Below, in pieces: positions 27,380 through 36,921 of a DNA stretch of 64,000 bases. Where the stretch lies: the NCBI GenBank assembly GCA_031412135.1, contig JANOCL010000151.1, positions 13,206-77,205 on the forward strand. The letters run 5' to 3'. This stretch comes from Variovorax sp. Its GTDB lineage: Bacteria > Pseudomonadota > Gammaproteobacteria > Burkholderiales > Burkholderiaceae_C. A program made the position numbers and the translations under genes. The notes under the pieces are model-generated. The model was not told the DNA's origin and did no database searches. It saw only the letters and a program-made list of their open reading frames with translations. Position 1 is the first letter of the stretch. Every line of letters begins with the position of its first letter.

Positions 27380-28150
27380 ATGGATCTAGGCTTGCAAGGC
27401 CGTGTCGCGCTGGTCACCGGCGGGGCGCGCGGCATTGGCCTCAGCGAGGCCGCGTTCCTGGCCGCCGAAGGCTGCACGCTGGCCATCGTCGACATCGACG
27501 GACCGGCGGCCGAGGAAGCAGTGCGGGGGTTGCAACGCGAGGGTCACCGCGCGCTGGCGTTTCAGGGTGACGCGTCGGACGAGCCCACCGTGCGCCGAAC
27601 CGTGGCGGAGGTGGTGCGGCGCGTCGGGCGCATCGACATCCTCGTCAACAACGCCGGCATCGGCGTCAAGCCTGCGTACCCGGTGGCGGACATGCCATGG
27701 GGCGCCTGGGAGCACATGGTCGCAGTGCACATGGGGAGCACCTTCCTGTGGTCGCGCGAAGTGATCGCCGTGATGAGCGCACAAGGTTTCGGCCGCATCA
27801 TCAATACTTCGTCGATGAACTTCACCGGTGGCGGCAGGCCGGGCGTGGCGCACTACGCGGCAGCCAAGGCCGGGATCGCCGGCTTCACTCGCACGCTGGC
27901 CAAGGAGGTGGGCGCCAGCGGAATCACGGCGAACGCCATCGCGCCGGGCTACGTCGAAACCGAACTGATCGCGGGCTTCACCCCCGAGATGCGCGCCCTG
28001 CTCGAGCGCCAGAACCCGGTCGGGCGAACATGCCGGCCGGCAGAAGTCGCGGCAGCCGTGGCGTTCCTGTGCTCCGTGCACGCCGGTTTCATCAACGGCG
28101 CCCTGTTGTGCATCGATGGCGGACGGCGCGAATTTGCTTGGGAGGGCTGA
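27380..28150 (+). CDS. SDR-family oxidoreductase (FabG-like)
   Basis: 256 aa. Cofactor motif TGGARGIG, NNAG motif, and catalytic YAAAK (YxxxK). Confidence 0.92.
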   Translation: MDLGLQGRVALVTGGARGIGLSEAAFLAAEGCTLAIVDIDGPAAEEAVRGLQREGHRALAFQGDASDEPTVRRTVAEVVRRVGRIDILVNNAGIGVKPAYPVADMPWGAWEHMVAVHMGSTFLWSREVIAVMSAQGFGRIINTSSMNFTGGGRPGVAHYAAAKAGIAGFTRTLAKEVGASGITANAIAPGYVETELIAGFTPEMRALLERQNPVGRTCRPAEVAAAVAFLCSVHAGFINGALLCIDGGRREFAWEG

Positions 28151-28151
28151 G

Positions 28152-29288
28152 ATGCGTTCATCCATCGACACACTGCGGGTCATCGGTTTTCCAGGACGCT
28201 ACGTGCAAGGGCCGGGAGCGCTGGACGTGCTGGGCGCGCTCGTTGGCGAACTGGGTTGCCGGCGGCCTGTCGTCATCAGCGACGATGTGGTGCACCTTGC
28301 GCTGGAAGACGCCGTGCCGCGCGCGCTGACGCACGCCGGCATCGAGTTCAGGCGCCTGCGTTTCGAGGGCGAATGCACGCGAGCGGCAGTCGCCGACATG
28401 GCCGCACAGGCGCGAGCGGCGAATGCCGACATGGTGATCGCGCTCGGCGGCGGCAAGACCATCGACACCGCCAAGGGCGCGGCGCGGGAGCTGGGCACGG
28501 CGCTGGTCGTCATCCCGACCGTCGCTTCCAACGATTCACCCACCTCGCGCCTGATCGTTCTCTACGACGAGGCACATCGGCTGGTTGGCGTGGACTACCT
28601 CGCGCGCAATCCGGACCTGGTGTTGGTCGACACTTCGATCATCGTGAAGGCACCGGCGCGCTTCTTCAGGGCGGGCATCGGCGATGCGATCTCCAAGCGT
28701 TTCGAGGCGGCTCAGTGCGGTGCCGCCGGCGGGCGCAACTTCTTCGGTGGCCTGCCGCCCGACATCGCCCGCGTGATGGCCGACCGGTGCCACGCGGTGA
28801 TCGTCGAGAACGGCCTCGTCGCGCTGCGCGACGTCGAGCGACATGAGCCCACGCCAGCGGTCGAAGCAGTAACCGAGGCCACCGTATTGCTCAGCGGACT
28901 CGGCTTCGAGAGTGGCGGACTGTCGCTGTCGCACGCATTGCTGCGCGGGCTGACGGCAGTTCCGGCACTGGCGGCCGCCTTGCACGGCGAGATGGTGGCC
29001 TTCGGCACCGTCGTCCAGCTCGTGCTCGAACGCCGCTCCAAAGAGGAACTGCACCAGCATTTGACGTTGCTGGCTCGGCTGCAGCTTCCGGTCACTCTGA
29101 GCGAACTCGGTCAGGCCTCGCTGACCGACGAGGACTTGCGGCACATCGGCGAGCTGACGCTCAAGGCACCCTATGCCGGCAATTTCGAACGACCTTTGTG
29201 CATCGAAGACCTCAAGTTGGCCATCATCGAGGCGGACGCCTCGGGACAAGCCGCGAAGAAGTACCTGACGGGTGCTCCTGCAAATTGA
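28152..29288 (+). CDS. gldA: Glycerol dehydrogenase-type iron-containing alcohol dehydrogenase
   Basis: Internal ATG at 28152, 1 nt after the SDR stop. GGGKTIDTAKG matches the GldA-type motif. 378 aa. Confidence 0.8.
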   Translation: MRSSIDTLRVIGFPGRYVQGPGALDVLGALVGELGCRRPVVISDDVVHLALEDAVPRALTHAGIEFRRLRFEGECTRAAVADMAAQARAANADMVIALGGGKTIDTAKGAARELGTALVVIPTVASNDSPTSRLIVLYDEAHRLVGVDYLARNPDLVLVDTSIIVKAPARFFRAGIGDAISKRFEAAQCGAAGGRNFFGGLPPDIARVMADRCHAVIVENGLVALRDVERHEPTPAVEAVTEATVLLSGLGFESGGLSLSHALLRGLTAVPALAAALHGEMVAFGTVVQLVLERRSKEELHQHLTLLARLQLPVTLSELGQASLTDEDLRHIGELTLKAPYAGNFERPLCIEDLKLAIIEADASGQAAKKYLTGAPAN

Positions 29289-29375
29289 CCGCCACGCCAA
29301 TTCCGGCACACAATTTGCGTGCGTTACTTTGCCGATTCAACGGCATACCCCAACACAAGCGCATCCGATCTGGCC

Positions 29376-30311
29376 ATGGAATTGAACTACTCGACCCATG
29401 CCGTGGGCACGACCCAACGCTTCGGCTACTGGAGCGACGTGGTGTGCAGCCATTTCATTCCCGCATCGAGCCGGGTGGCGAACCGCGAGGATTTCGACGC
29501 CCGCTTCTCGGTGCGTCCGCTCGGCAGCCTGACGCTCGCCGAGATGTCGTCGCCACAGCATTATTGGGAACGCACCCCGCAGCATCTGCGAACCGGCCCG
29601 AATGACGATTTCATGCTGAGCCTCATGGTTTCCGGCCGCGGCGTACTTTCGCAAAGCGGCCGCCAGGTGGTCCAGGGGGCGGGCGACATCGTCCTGTATG
29701 ACGCCGCTCGCGAGTTCTCATACGACCTCGAACCGCAGTCGGTGCTGCTCTTGTCAGTGCCGCGAAAGCAGTTGCTCTTTCGCGTGCCCGAGGCCGACAA
29801 GCTGACCGCCATCAACCTCGCCGCAGGCCGCTCCGTGGGGGCACTGCTTGCCAGCATGGTGCGTGAAGCCGCGGTCATTGATCTGCCGGGCCACCAGGCC
29901 GCGCAGGTACCGCTGGCCGCATCGTTGCTCGACATGCTGGCGGTCGTGCTGCAGATGCAGGTCGACGGCGGCACGAACGCGCTGTCGTCGCGCGACGCAC
30001 TCTTCAAGGCGGCACGCGACTACATCAACGAACACCTCGACGACTGCGAGCTGGACGTGGACCGGATCGCCGCGGCGCAGCATGTGTCGGCCCGTACCAT
30101 CACGCGCGTCTTCGCCGAGCACGGCACCACGCCCATGCACTGGCTCTGGCAGCGGCGTCTGGAAGCGAGTCACTGCGCACTGGTCGAGGGGCGCGTGCGG
30201 CAGGTGACGCAAGCCGCATTCCAGAACGGCTTCAGCGACTTGTCGCATTTCTGCCGTGTCTTCAAGAAGGCCTACGGCACGACGCCACACACCCTGCTGC
30301 GCGGCAACTAG
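29376..30311 (+). CDS. AraC-family transcriptional regulator (FeaR-like N-terminal domain)
   Basis: Track ORF 29319..30311; I prefer the ATG at 29376 (MELNYSTHAVGTTQRFGYWSDVVCSHFIP, typical of this subfamily). The C-terminal double HTH ends with GFSDLSHFCRVFKKAYGTTPHTLL. Confidence 0.85.
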   Translation: MELNYSTHAVGTTQRFGYWSDVVCSHFIPASSRVANREDFDARFSVRPLGSLTLAEMSSPQHYWERTPQHLRTGPNDDFMLSLMVSGRGVLSQSGRQVVQGAGDIVLYDAAREFSYDLEPQSVLLLSVPRKQLLFRVPEADKLTAINLAAGRSVGALLASMVREAAVIDLPGHQAAQVPLAASLLDMLAVVLQMQVDGGTNALSSRDALFKAARDYINEHLDDCELDVDRIAAAQHVSARTITRVFAEHGTTPMHWLWQRRLEASHCALVEGRVRQVTQAAFQNGFSDLSHFCRVFKKAYGTTPHTLLRGN

Positions 30312-30446
30312 CAGCAGCCCTCGCCGCCCGCGGCGTGTCGACGTTCCACGGCTGGCGTGCCCAGGCCATCGCGCTGTCCCTGTCAGCCAAGCCATCGAGG
30401 CCCGGGCAACCTATCGTCGAACTCCAACTGATCGACGGAGACGACG

Positions 30447-30668
30447 ATGAATGATCCCGCATTGGGTGCGGCTGACGCCGCCATGCTCGCGGCCCATGCC
30501 GCATTGCCGCTTCAGCCGGAACGGTTGGCAGCGGTTGCCGCCCTTCTGTCCGCGTGGTTGCCCGATGCCAACGCGTTGAGCAGGAAGATGAGCGGACCGG
30601 AGCATCGGATGCTGATGCCGATCACGGTGTTTGCGCATTCGCACGACGCTGCCGAGGACGCCACATGA
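30447..30668 (+). CDS. AtzG-like small protein (DUF4089-like), putative accessory subunit of the downstream amidase
   Basis: 73 aa. GGAG lies 6 nt upstream of the ATG. The stop overlaps the amidase start (ATGA). The Ala/Leu-rich helical sequence ending in PITVF resembles the DUF4089/AtzG family as I remember it. No HMM was run. Confidence 0.6.
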   Translation: MNDPALGAADAAMLAAHAALPLQPERLAAVAALLSAWLPDANALSRKMSGPEHRMLMPITVFAHSHDAAEDAT

Positions 30669-32077
30669 GCGAACTGGCGAATCTCACGCTGGCGCAGGCG
30701 GCGCGCATGGTGCGCGACCGCGAGGTCTCACCGGTCGAGCTGGTCGAAGCCGCACTGGCGCGCATCGAGGCGCACGACGGCGTGCTGAAGTCGTTCATCT
30801 CCGTCTTCGAAGAGCAGGCGCGCCAGGTCGCACGGGCAGCCGAACTGCTGTCGGACGCGGGCCACCGCCTCGGGCCGCTGCAGGGCATACCGATCGCGCT
30901 GAAAGACAACGTCGCGGTGCGCGGCAGCCGGACCACCGCCGGCAGCAAGGTGCTGGCGGACTGGTTGCCCGAGGCTGACGCGACGGTCGTGACGCGATTG
31001 CGCCAGGCCGGTGCCATCTTCATCGGCAAGACCAACATGCACGAGTTCGCATGGGGCGGCACCTCGGCCAATCCTCACTACGGCGCGGTACGCAACCCGT
31101 GGGACACCGAGCGCTTTCCGGCGGGCTCCAGCGGCGGCTCCGGCGTGGCGGTGGCAGCGCGCTTCTGCTGGGGCGCGGTCGGTACCGACACGGGTGGATC
31201 GATCCGGCTGCCTGCAGCAGTCAATGGCATCGTCGGCCTGCGTCCGAGCTACGGCCGCGTCAGCAATCATGGCGTGGTGCCGCTCGCCTGGAGCATGGAT
31301 ACGGTCGGTCCGATGACCCGCACCGTCGAAGACTGCGCCCTCCTGTTCGGTGCGATGGCCGGCTTCGATGCCAAGGACGCGGCCAGCAGCACGCGCGCCT
31401 GCGACGACTACATGCAGGCGCTGGCGGGCGGCTGCAGAAACCTCCGCATCGGCATCGTGCCGGGCTATTTCTTTGAACACCTGCAGGCGCCGGTGCGCGA
31501 GGGGGTGAAGGCGGCGCTCGACACCTTCGTCCAGCTAGGTGCGCACCTGGTGGACGTCGACATCCTGAACATCCACGGCAACATCTCGGCGCAGCTCACC
31601 ATCGAGTCGGCCGAGCCCAGCACCTACCACCAGCGCATGCTGCGCGAGAGGCCTGAAGACTTCGGCGACGATGTGCGCACCTTGCTCGAGGTCGGCGAAA
31701 TGCTGCTCGCGACTCACTACCTGCAGGCGCAGCGCTATCGCTCCTTGCTGCGCAGCGAGTTCATCGAGGCTTTCAGGTCGGTCGACGTATTCATCTGTCC
31801 GACGGTGCCGTTCACCGCAACGGCCATGGGGGAAACCTCGGTCGAGATCGAACCAGGCCAGCCCGAGGACATGCTGTCGGCCATCATGCAGTTCACCGGT
31901 ATCGCAAGCCTGACCGGCCTGCCATCGCTGAACGTGCCCTGTGGCTTCGACCCCGACGGCATGCCCATGGGCATGCAGATCATCGGCCGCCCGTTCGACG
32001 AGGCCACCCTGTTGCGGGTCGGTCATGCATTTCAGCAAGTCACGCAGTTCCATGAGATGGCGCCGGTGCTCGCGTGA
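30665..32077 (+). CDS. Amidase-signature enzyme (AtzE/GatA-like)
   Basis: Internal ATG of track ORF 30554..32077. Catalytic Lys in GIPIALKDNV. Signature AGSSGGSGVAVAA...GTDTGGSIRLPAA. Confidence 0.9.
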   Translation: MSELANLTLAQAARMVRDREVSPVELVEAALARIEAHDGVLKSFISVFEEQARQVARAAELLSDAGHRLGPLQGIPIALKDNVAVRGSRTTAGSKVLADWLPEADATVVTRLRQAGAIFIGKTNMHEFAWGGTSANPHYGAVRNPWDTERFPAGSSGGSGVAVAARFCWGAVGTDTGGSIRLPAAVNGIVGLRPSYGRVSNHGVVPLAWSMDTVGPMTRTVEDCALLFGAMAGFDAKDAASSTRACDDYMQALAGGCRNLRIGIVPGYFFEHLQAPVREGVKAALDTFVQLGAHLVDVDILNIHGNISAQLTIESAEPSTYHQRMLRERPEDFGDDVRTLLEVGEMLLATHYLQAQRYRSLLRSEFIEAFRSVDVFICPTVPFTATAMGETSVEIEPGQPEDMLSAIMQFTGIASLTGLPSLNVPCGFDPDGMPMGMQIIGRPFDEATLLRVGHAFQQVTQFHEMAPVLA

Positions 32078-32225
32078 CGGGCGACTTCAAATTCCTGAGG
32101 GTGGCGGTATCAGCACATCCGGTGGCGCGGCGGACCAAGCGGCGCGCCGGGAGCGTCCCTACAGTGCGATCACCGGCCCACTGTTGAGCGCCACCCGTTT
32201 CGTCGAACCTACCCGAACACAAACC

Positions 32226-33626
32226 ATGGCCCACGAAAATCTGCACTATCTTGAACTGCTCGAAGTCGGAAAGCTCGTCCAATCGAAGGAGCTGTCGTCC
32301 GTCGAAGTCACGCAGGCCCAGCTCGACCGCATCGACGCGCTCGACGGAGAGCTCAAGAGCTATGTCACCGTGATGGCCGACAGCGCGCTGGCCGCGGCCA
32401 GGGCGGCCGACCTGGAAATCGGCAAGGGTGCCAAGCGCGGTCCGCTCCACGGTGTGCCCATCGGTGTCAAGGACCTGTGCTGGACGGCAGGCGTGAAGAC
32501 CGCCGCCGGCATGACGATCTACGCGGACTTCGTGCCGAAGGTGGATGGGACTGTCGTGCGCAAGCTGCGCGAGGCTGGGGCGGTGATCCTGGGCAAGCTG
32601 CAGATGACCGAGAGCGCCTATGCGGATCACCATCCGTCGATCACGCCACCGGTCAATCCGTGGAATGCGGCGCACTGGACCGGTGTCTCGTCCAGCGGCT
32701 CGGGGGTCGCCACCGCTGCAGGCCTGTGCTACGGGTCGCTCGGCACCGACACCGGCGGCTCGATCCGCTTTCCATCGGCGGCAAACGGCCTGACCGGCCT
32801 GAAGCCGACCTGGGGGCGTGTCAGCCGCTACGGCGCGTTCGAGCTTGCCGCCACGCTCGACCATATCGGACCGATGACTCGCAGCGCCGCCGACGCGGGT
32901 GCCATGCTCGGCGTGATCGCAGGCTCGGACGTCGACGATCCGACCGCAAGCCTGCTGCCGGTGCCGGACTATCTGGGCGAGGCAGCGCAAGGCATCAAGG
33001 GATTGCGTATAGGCATCGACACCAGGTGGACCAGCGAAGGTGTGGACCAGCCGACCAGGCAGGTGCTCGAAGCTGCGATCGCCGCGGTGAAGACGCTTGG
33101 CGGCGAGATCCGCGAGGTGAGCTTCCCGGATGCGGCGCAAGTCATCGACGACTGGTTTCCGCTGTGCGGCATGGAGGCCGCCGTGGTGCATGCGGACACC
33201 TATCCCGCGCGCAAGGCCGAGTACGGCCCTGGCATGGCCGGCATCATCGAGCTCGGCCTGAAGCAGACCGGTGTGGACTACCAGAGGATCGTGCTGCGGC
33301 GCCTCGACTTCAGCGGCCGCGTGAAGGCGATGTTCGAAGGCATCGACCTGCTGCTCGTGCCTGCCACCGGCATCGCGTCGCCGACCGTGGAGCGCATGGC
33401 GAGCATGGGAACCGACGCAGAGCTGATATCGGCGGTGCTGCGCTACACCTGCCCTTTCGACATGACGGGCAGCCCGACCATCACGGTGCCGGGCGGCTTC
33501 ACGACGGCCGGTATGCCGGTCGCGTTCCAGTTCGTCTCCCGGCATTTCGAGGAATCGCTGCTGGTGCGCGCCGGCTGCGCCTTCCAGCAGATCACCGACT
33601 GGCACCGCAGGCACCCGCCCCTCTGA
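32226..33626 (+). CDS. Amidase-signature enzyme (second paralog)
   Basis: Internal ATG of track ORF 31941..33626. Contains GVPIGVKDL and GVSSSGSGVATAAGLCYGSLGTDTGGSIRFPSA. Confidence 0.9.
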   Translation: MAHENLHYLELLEVGKLVQSKELSSVEVTQAQLDRIDALDGELKSYVTVMADSALAAARAADLEIGKGAKRGPLHGVPIGVKDLCWTAGVKTAAGMTIYADFVPKVDGTVVRKLREAGAVILGKLQMTESAYADHHPSITPPVNPWNAAHWTGVSSSGSGVATAAGLCYGSLGTDTGGSIRFPSAANGLTGLKPTWGRVSRYGAFELAATLDHIGPMTRSAADAGAMLGVIAGSDVDDPTASLLPVPDYLGEAAQGIKGLRIGIDTRWTSEGVDQPTRQVLEAAIAAVKTLGGEIREVSFPDAAQVIDDWFPLCGMEAAVVHADTYPARKAEYGPGMAGIIELGLKQTGVDYQRIVLRRLDFSGRVKAMFEGIDLLLVPATGIASPTVERMASMGTDAELISAVLRYTCPFDMTGSPTITVPGGFTTAGMPVAFQFVSRHFEESLLVRAGCAFQQITDWHRRHPPL

Positions 33627-33682
33627 GCCGCCCATTCCTGGTTCTCCATTTTTTCTTTCTCGACCACTGGAAGCACATCATC

Positions 33683-34915
33683 ATGAAACTTCGCTACACG
33701 CTCGTATCGGCCGCCTGCGCCCTGACGCTGGTCGCCTTGTCGTTGAACGCCACTGCGGCAGAGCCTCTGAAGATTGGCCTGATGGAAGACATTTCTGGGG
33801 ACCTCGCCGTCATCGGTCTGCCCAAGCTGCACGGCTCGCAATTGGCGGTGGAAGAGATCAACAAGGCGGGCGGTGTGATGGGGCGTCAGCTGGAGCTCAT
33901 TCACCTCGACCCGCAGGGCGACAACGCGCGCTACCAGGAGTTCACGCGGCGACTGCTCAGCAGGGACAAGGTCGACGTGCTCATCGGCGGCATCACCTCG
34001 GCGTCGCGCGAAGCCGTGCGCCCGATCGTGAATCGCACACAGACACCCTACTTCTATACGAACCAGTACGAAGGTGGCGTCTGCGACGCCAACATGATCA
34101 GCATGGGTGCGATTCCCGAGCAGCAGTTCTCCACGCTCATTCCCTACATGGTCGAAAAGTTCGGCAAGAAGGTCTACGTCGTCGCGGCCGACTACAACTT
34201 CGGCCAGATCTCATCGGAATGGAATCGAAAAATCCTCAAGGAGCTCGGCGGCAGCGTGGTCGGCGAGGAATTCATTCCACTCGGCGTATCGCAGTTCGCC
34301 CAGACCATTCAGAACATCCAGAAGGCCAAGCCGGATTGGGTTCTGACCATCAACGTGGGCGCTGCACAGGATTCATTCTTCGAACAGGCCGCCGCTGCCA
34401 AGCTGAACCTGCCGATGGGCTCCTCGATCAAGGTGATGCTGGGCTTCGAGCACAAGCGCTTCGCACCGCCCGCGCTCAACCGCATGCATGCGGCAGCCAA
34501 CTGGTTCGAGGAGATCAGTACGCCGGAGGCAGAAGACTTCAAGAAGCGCTGGCACGCGAAGTTCCCGAACGAGCCGTACATCAACGACATGGGCTACAAC
34601 GCCTACACCAGCATCTACATGTACAAGGAACTGGTCGAGAAATCCAAGTCGACCAAGCTGGCGGACATGCGCAAGCTGATCGCCACCGGAGGCGCCTGCA
34701 TCGATGCCCCCGAAGGCAAGGTCTGCATCGATCCCAAGAGCCAGCACACCTCGCACCGCATGCGCCTGATCGCGGTGGACGACAAGCATGCCGTCAAGGT
34801 GCTGAAGGACTACGGCACGATCGAGCCGTACTGGCTTGGCCAGGTCGGCTGCGACCTGACCAAGAAGAACGACAAGAAGCAGTACACGCCTTCCGAGCTG
34901 CCAAAGAAGTCGTAA
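33683..34915 (+). CDS. Periplasmic binding protein of a HAAT-family ABC transporter (UrtA/FmdD/AmiC-like, urea or short-chain amide)
   Basis: Internal ATG of track ORF 32477..34915. Signal peptide MKLRYTLVSAACALTLVALSLNATA. EPLKIGLMEDISGDLAVIG...EEINKAGGV is the type-I PBP pattern. A formamidase is encoded downstream. Confidence 0.8.
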   Translation: MKLRYTLVSAACALTLVALSLNATAAEPLKIGLMEDISGDLAVIGLPKLHGSQLAVEEINKAGGVMGRQLELIHLDPQGDNARYQEFTRRLLSRDKVDVLIGGITSASREAVRPIVNRTQTPYFYTNQYEGGVCDANMISMGAIPEQQFSTLIPYMVEKFGKKVYVVAADYNFGQISSEWNRKILKELGGSVVGEEFIPLGVSQFAQTIQNIQKAKPDWVLTINVGAAQDSFFEQAAAAKLNLPMGSSIKVMLGFEHKRFAPPALNRMHAAANWFEEISTPEAEDFKKRWHAKFPNEPYINDMGYNAYTSIYMYKELVEKSKSTKLADMRKLIATGGACIDAPEGKVCIDPKSQHTSHRMRLIAVDDKHAVKVLKDYGTIEPYWLGQVGCDLTKKNDKKQYTPSELPKKS

Positions 34916-34925
34916 GGGACTCGCG

Positions 34926-35792
34926 GTGTTTGCCGAAGTCTTTTCTTTTGCCTACCAGTTCGCCGACGTCTTTGCGTTCCTGATCCTCGCGGCGGCCGGC
35001 CTGGCGATCGTCTTCGGAATGATGGGCGTCATCAACATGGCGCACGGCGAGTTCATCATGTGCGGGGCTTACGTCACTGTCGGCCTGGTGCATGGCGGTC
35101 TGCCCCTGCCGATTGCGCAGGCCGGCGGCACGATCGCGGCAGGAGTGATCGGCGTGCTGGTCGAATGGAGCCTGGTGCGCAAGCTCTACAAGCGTCCACT
35201 CGATTCGCTGCTTGCGACCTGGGGCCTGAGCCTCATGGTCACGCAGGGCATGCTGCTCGTCTTCGGCTCGTCGCTGCCCGGCATCGGAACGCCCGAAGGC
35301 AGCTTCTCGGTCGGCGCCTACACCTTCTCGACTTATCGCCTGGTGCTCTTCGCATGTGCCGTGGCAGTGCTGGGTTTCATCTACGTCGTCTTCATGCGCA
35401 CCCGCTTCGGCGTGCACGCGCGCGCCACGATGCAGAACGCGTCGATCGCGCAGGCCACCGGCGTGAAGGTCGGCAACATCTACGCGCTGAGTTTCGGCAT
35501 CGGGGCGGCGCTGGCGGGCTTTTGCGGCGCGATGTACGCGCCGACGATGACCTTGATGCCGACGATGGGTGCCGCCTTTCTGGTCGAGAGCTTTGTCACC
35601 GTCGTGGTCGGCGGCGCCAACGTGCTGCTCGGCACGGCGCCGGCCGGCATCCTGCTGGCGGTCGTGCGTACCGGCCTGAACGGCTGGGGCGGCCAGATCG
35701 TCGGGCAGATCGGAATGCTCGTGGGCGTGATCGTCGTCATTCGACTTCTGCCGGAGGGTCTTTCCGGCTGGTTCGGCCGCCGTACACGATGA
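34926..35792 (+). CDS. Branched-chain-amino-acid/urea-type ABC permease (LivH/UrtB-like)
   Basis: 288 aa with a GTG start. Multiple TM segments. The INMAHGEF motif is typical of the LivH family. Confidence 0.88.
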   Translation: MFAEVFSFAYQFADVFAFLILAAAGLAIVFGMMGVINMAHGEFIMCGAYVTVGLVHGGLPLPIAQAGGTIAAGVIGVLVEWSLVRKLYKRPLDSLLATWGLSLMVTQGMLLVFGSSLPGIGTPEGSFSVGAYTFSTYRLVLFACAVAVLGFIYVVFMRTRFGVHARATMQNASIAQATGVKVGNIYALSFGIGAALAGFCGAMYAPTMTLMPTMGAAFLVESFVTVVVGGANVLLGTAPAGILLAVVRTGLNGWGGQIVGQIGMLVGVIVVIRLLPEGLSGWFGRRTR

Positions 35793-35829
35793 GCATCTCG
35801 CAACCAGCGCGCTGCGCCGAAACGACGAA

Positions 35830-36921
35830 ATGAACATGTTCAATCTCATCAACGGGCCGCAGACACTCGGCACCGACCGGCGCTTCTGGGTCGGTTTCGT
35901 GTTGGTGCTCGCTGCCGTACTGGTCTATCCCCTCTTCGCAGATGCCTACAGCGTGGGCAACATGGCCTACCTGCTGATCTGGGTTTTCATGGCCATGGGG
36001 CTGTGCTTCATCTGGGGCTATGGCGGCATGTTGTCGTTCGGCCAGACGCTCTTCTTCGGCATCGGCGGCTATGGGTACGGCGTGCTGGCCATCAATCTGG
36101 GCGGAGAGTCGGGCACCACGGTGCTGGCGCTGGTGGTCGCACTGGGCGCAGCAGGGCTGGTCGCGGCGGTGCTCGGCTACTTCATGATCTGGGGCCGGAT
36201 CGGCGGCGTGTTCTTCGGCATCGTGACGCTGTCGGCAACGCTGGTGCTGTCCTTCTTCCTGGGCCAGACGGCGGGGCCCGAGTGGCACATCGGAACGGCG
36301 CGGCTGAACGGCTTCAACGGCATGAAGGACATGGCGCCGCTCAACATCCCGTGGTTTGGCGGCGAGCCACTGTTCTTCGAAGGCGTGCCGCTGTACTACC
36401 TGGTCATCGCGCTGCTCCTGATCGTCTACCTGGGCTTGCGCATCCTATTGAACTCGCGCTTCGGCAACGTCGTTGTGGCGATCCGCGAAGACCCCCAGCG
36501 CGCCGAGCTGCTCGGCTACGACGTGCGCAAGTACCAGCTCGCGACCTTCGTCATCGGCTCGATGCTCGCAGGCCTGAGCGGCGTGCTCTACACGTCCTGG
36601 GGCCAGTTCATCACACCGGCGAGCGTAGGACTGCCCGCGGCCTCCATGCCGATCGTCTGGGTGGCATTTTCCGGTCGCAGCGACCTGACGGCCACGATGG
36701 TGGGTTCCTTCCTGGTGCTGCTGGCCTTCCAGACAATCACGGTCTACAGCCAGCAAGCGGCGTTGTTGCTGATGGGTGCGATGCTGCTGTGCACGGTGAT
36801 GCTCGCGCCGCAGGGCTTCGTGATCGGGGTGGTGCAACTCGTGCGCCGCTCGTTGGCCGGGCGCCGCAAGGGCGGCCCCGAACAAGGCGACCATGGCAGC
36901 GCCGAAGAGGCAAAGGCATGA
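35830..36921 (+). CDS. Branched-chain-amino-acid/urea-type ABC permease (LivM/UrtC-like)
   Basis: 363 aa, polytopic. Contains GYGGMLSFGQTLFFGIGGY, typical of LivM. Confidence 0.88.
   Translation: MNMFNLINGPQTLGTDRRFWVGFVLVLAAVLVYPLFADAYSVGNMAYLLIWVFMAMGLCFIWGYGGMLSFGQTLFFGIGGYGYGVLAINLGGESGTTVLALVVALGAAGLVAAVLGYFMIWGRIGGVFFGIVTLSATLVLSFFLGQTAGPEWHIGTARLNGFNGMKDMAPLNIPWFGGEPLFFEGVPLYYLVIALLLIVYLGLRILLNSRFGNVVVAIREDPQRAELLGYDVRKYQLATFVIGSMLAGLSGVLYTSWGQFITPASVGLPAASMPIVWVAFSGRSDLTATMVGSFLVLLAFQTITVYSQQAALLLMGAMLLCTVMLAPQGFVIGVVQLVRRSLAGRRKGGPEQGDHGSAEEAKA

Noticed and set aside
33683-34915. The binding-protein gene appears less GC-rich and more Lys-rich than its neighbours; considered as evidence of horizontal acquisition.
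   Set aside because: I cannot compute windowed GC or codon statistics here. Periplasmic binding proteins are often Lys-rich. It is mentioned only as a side note.
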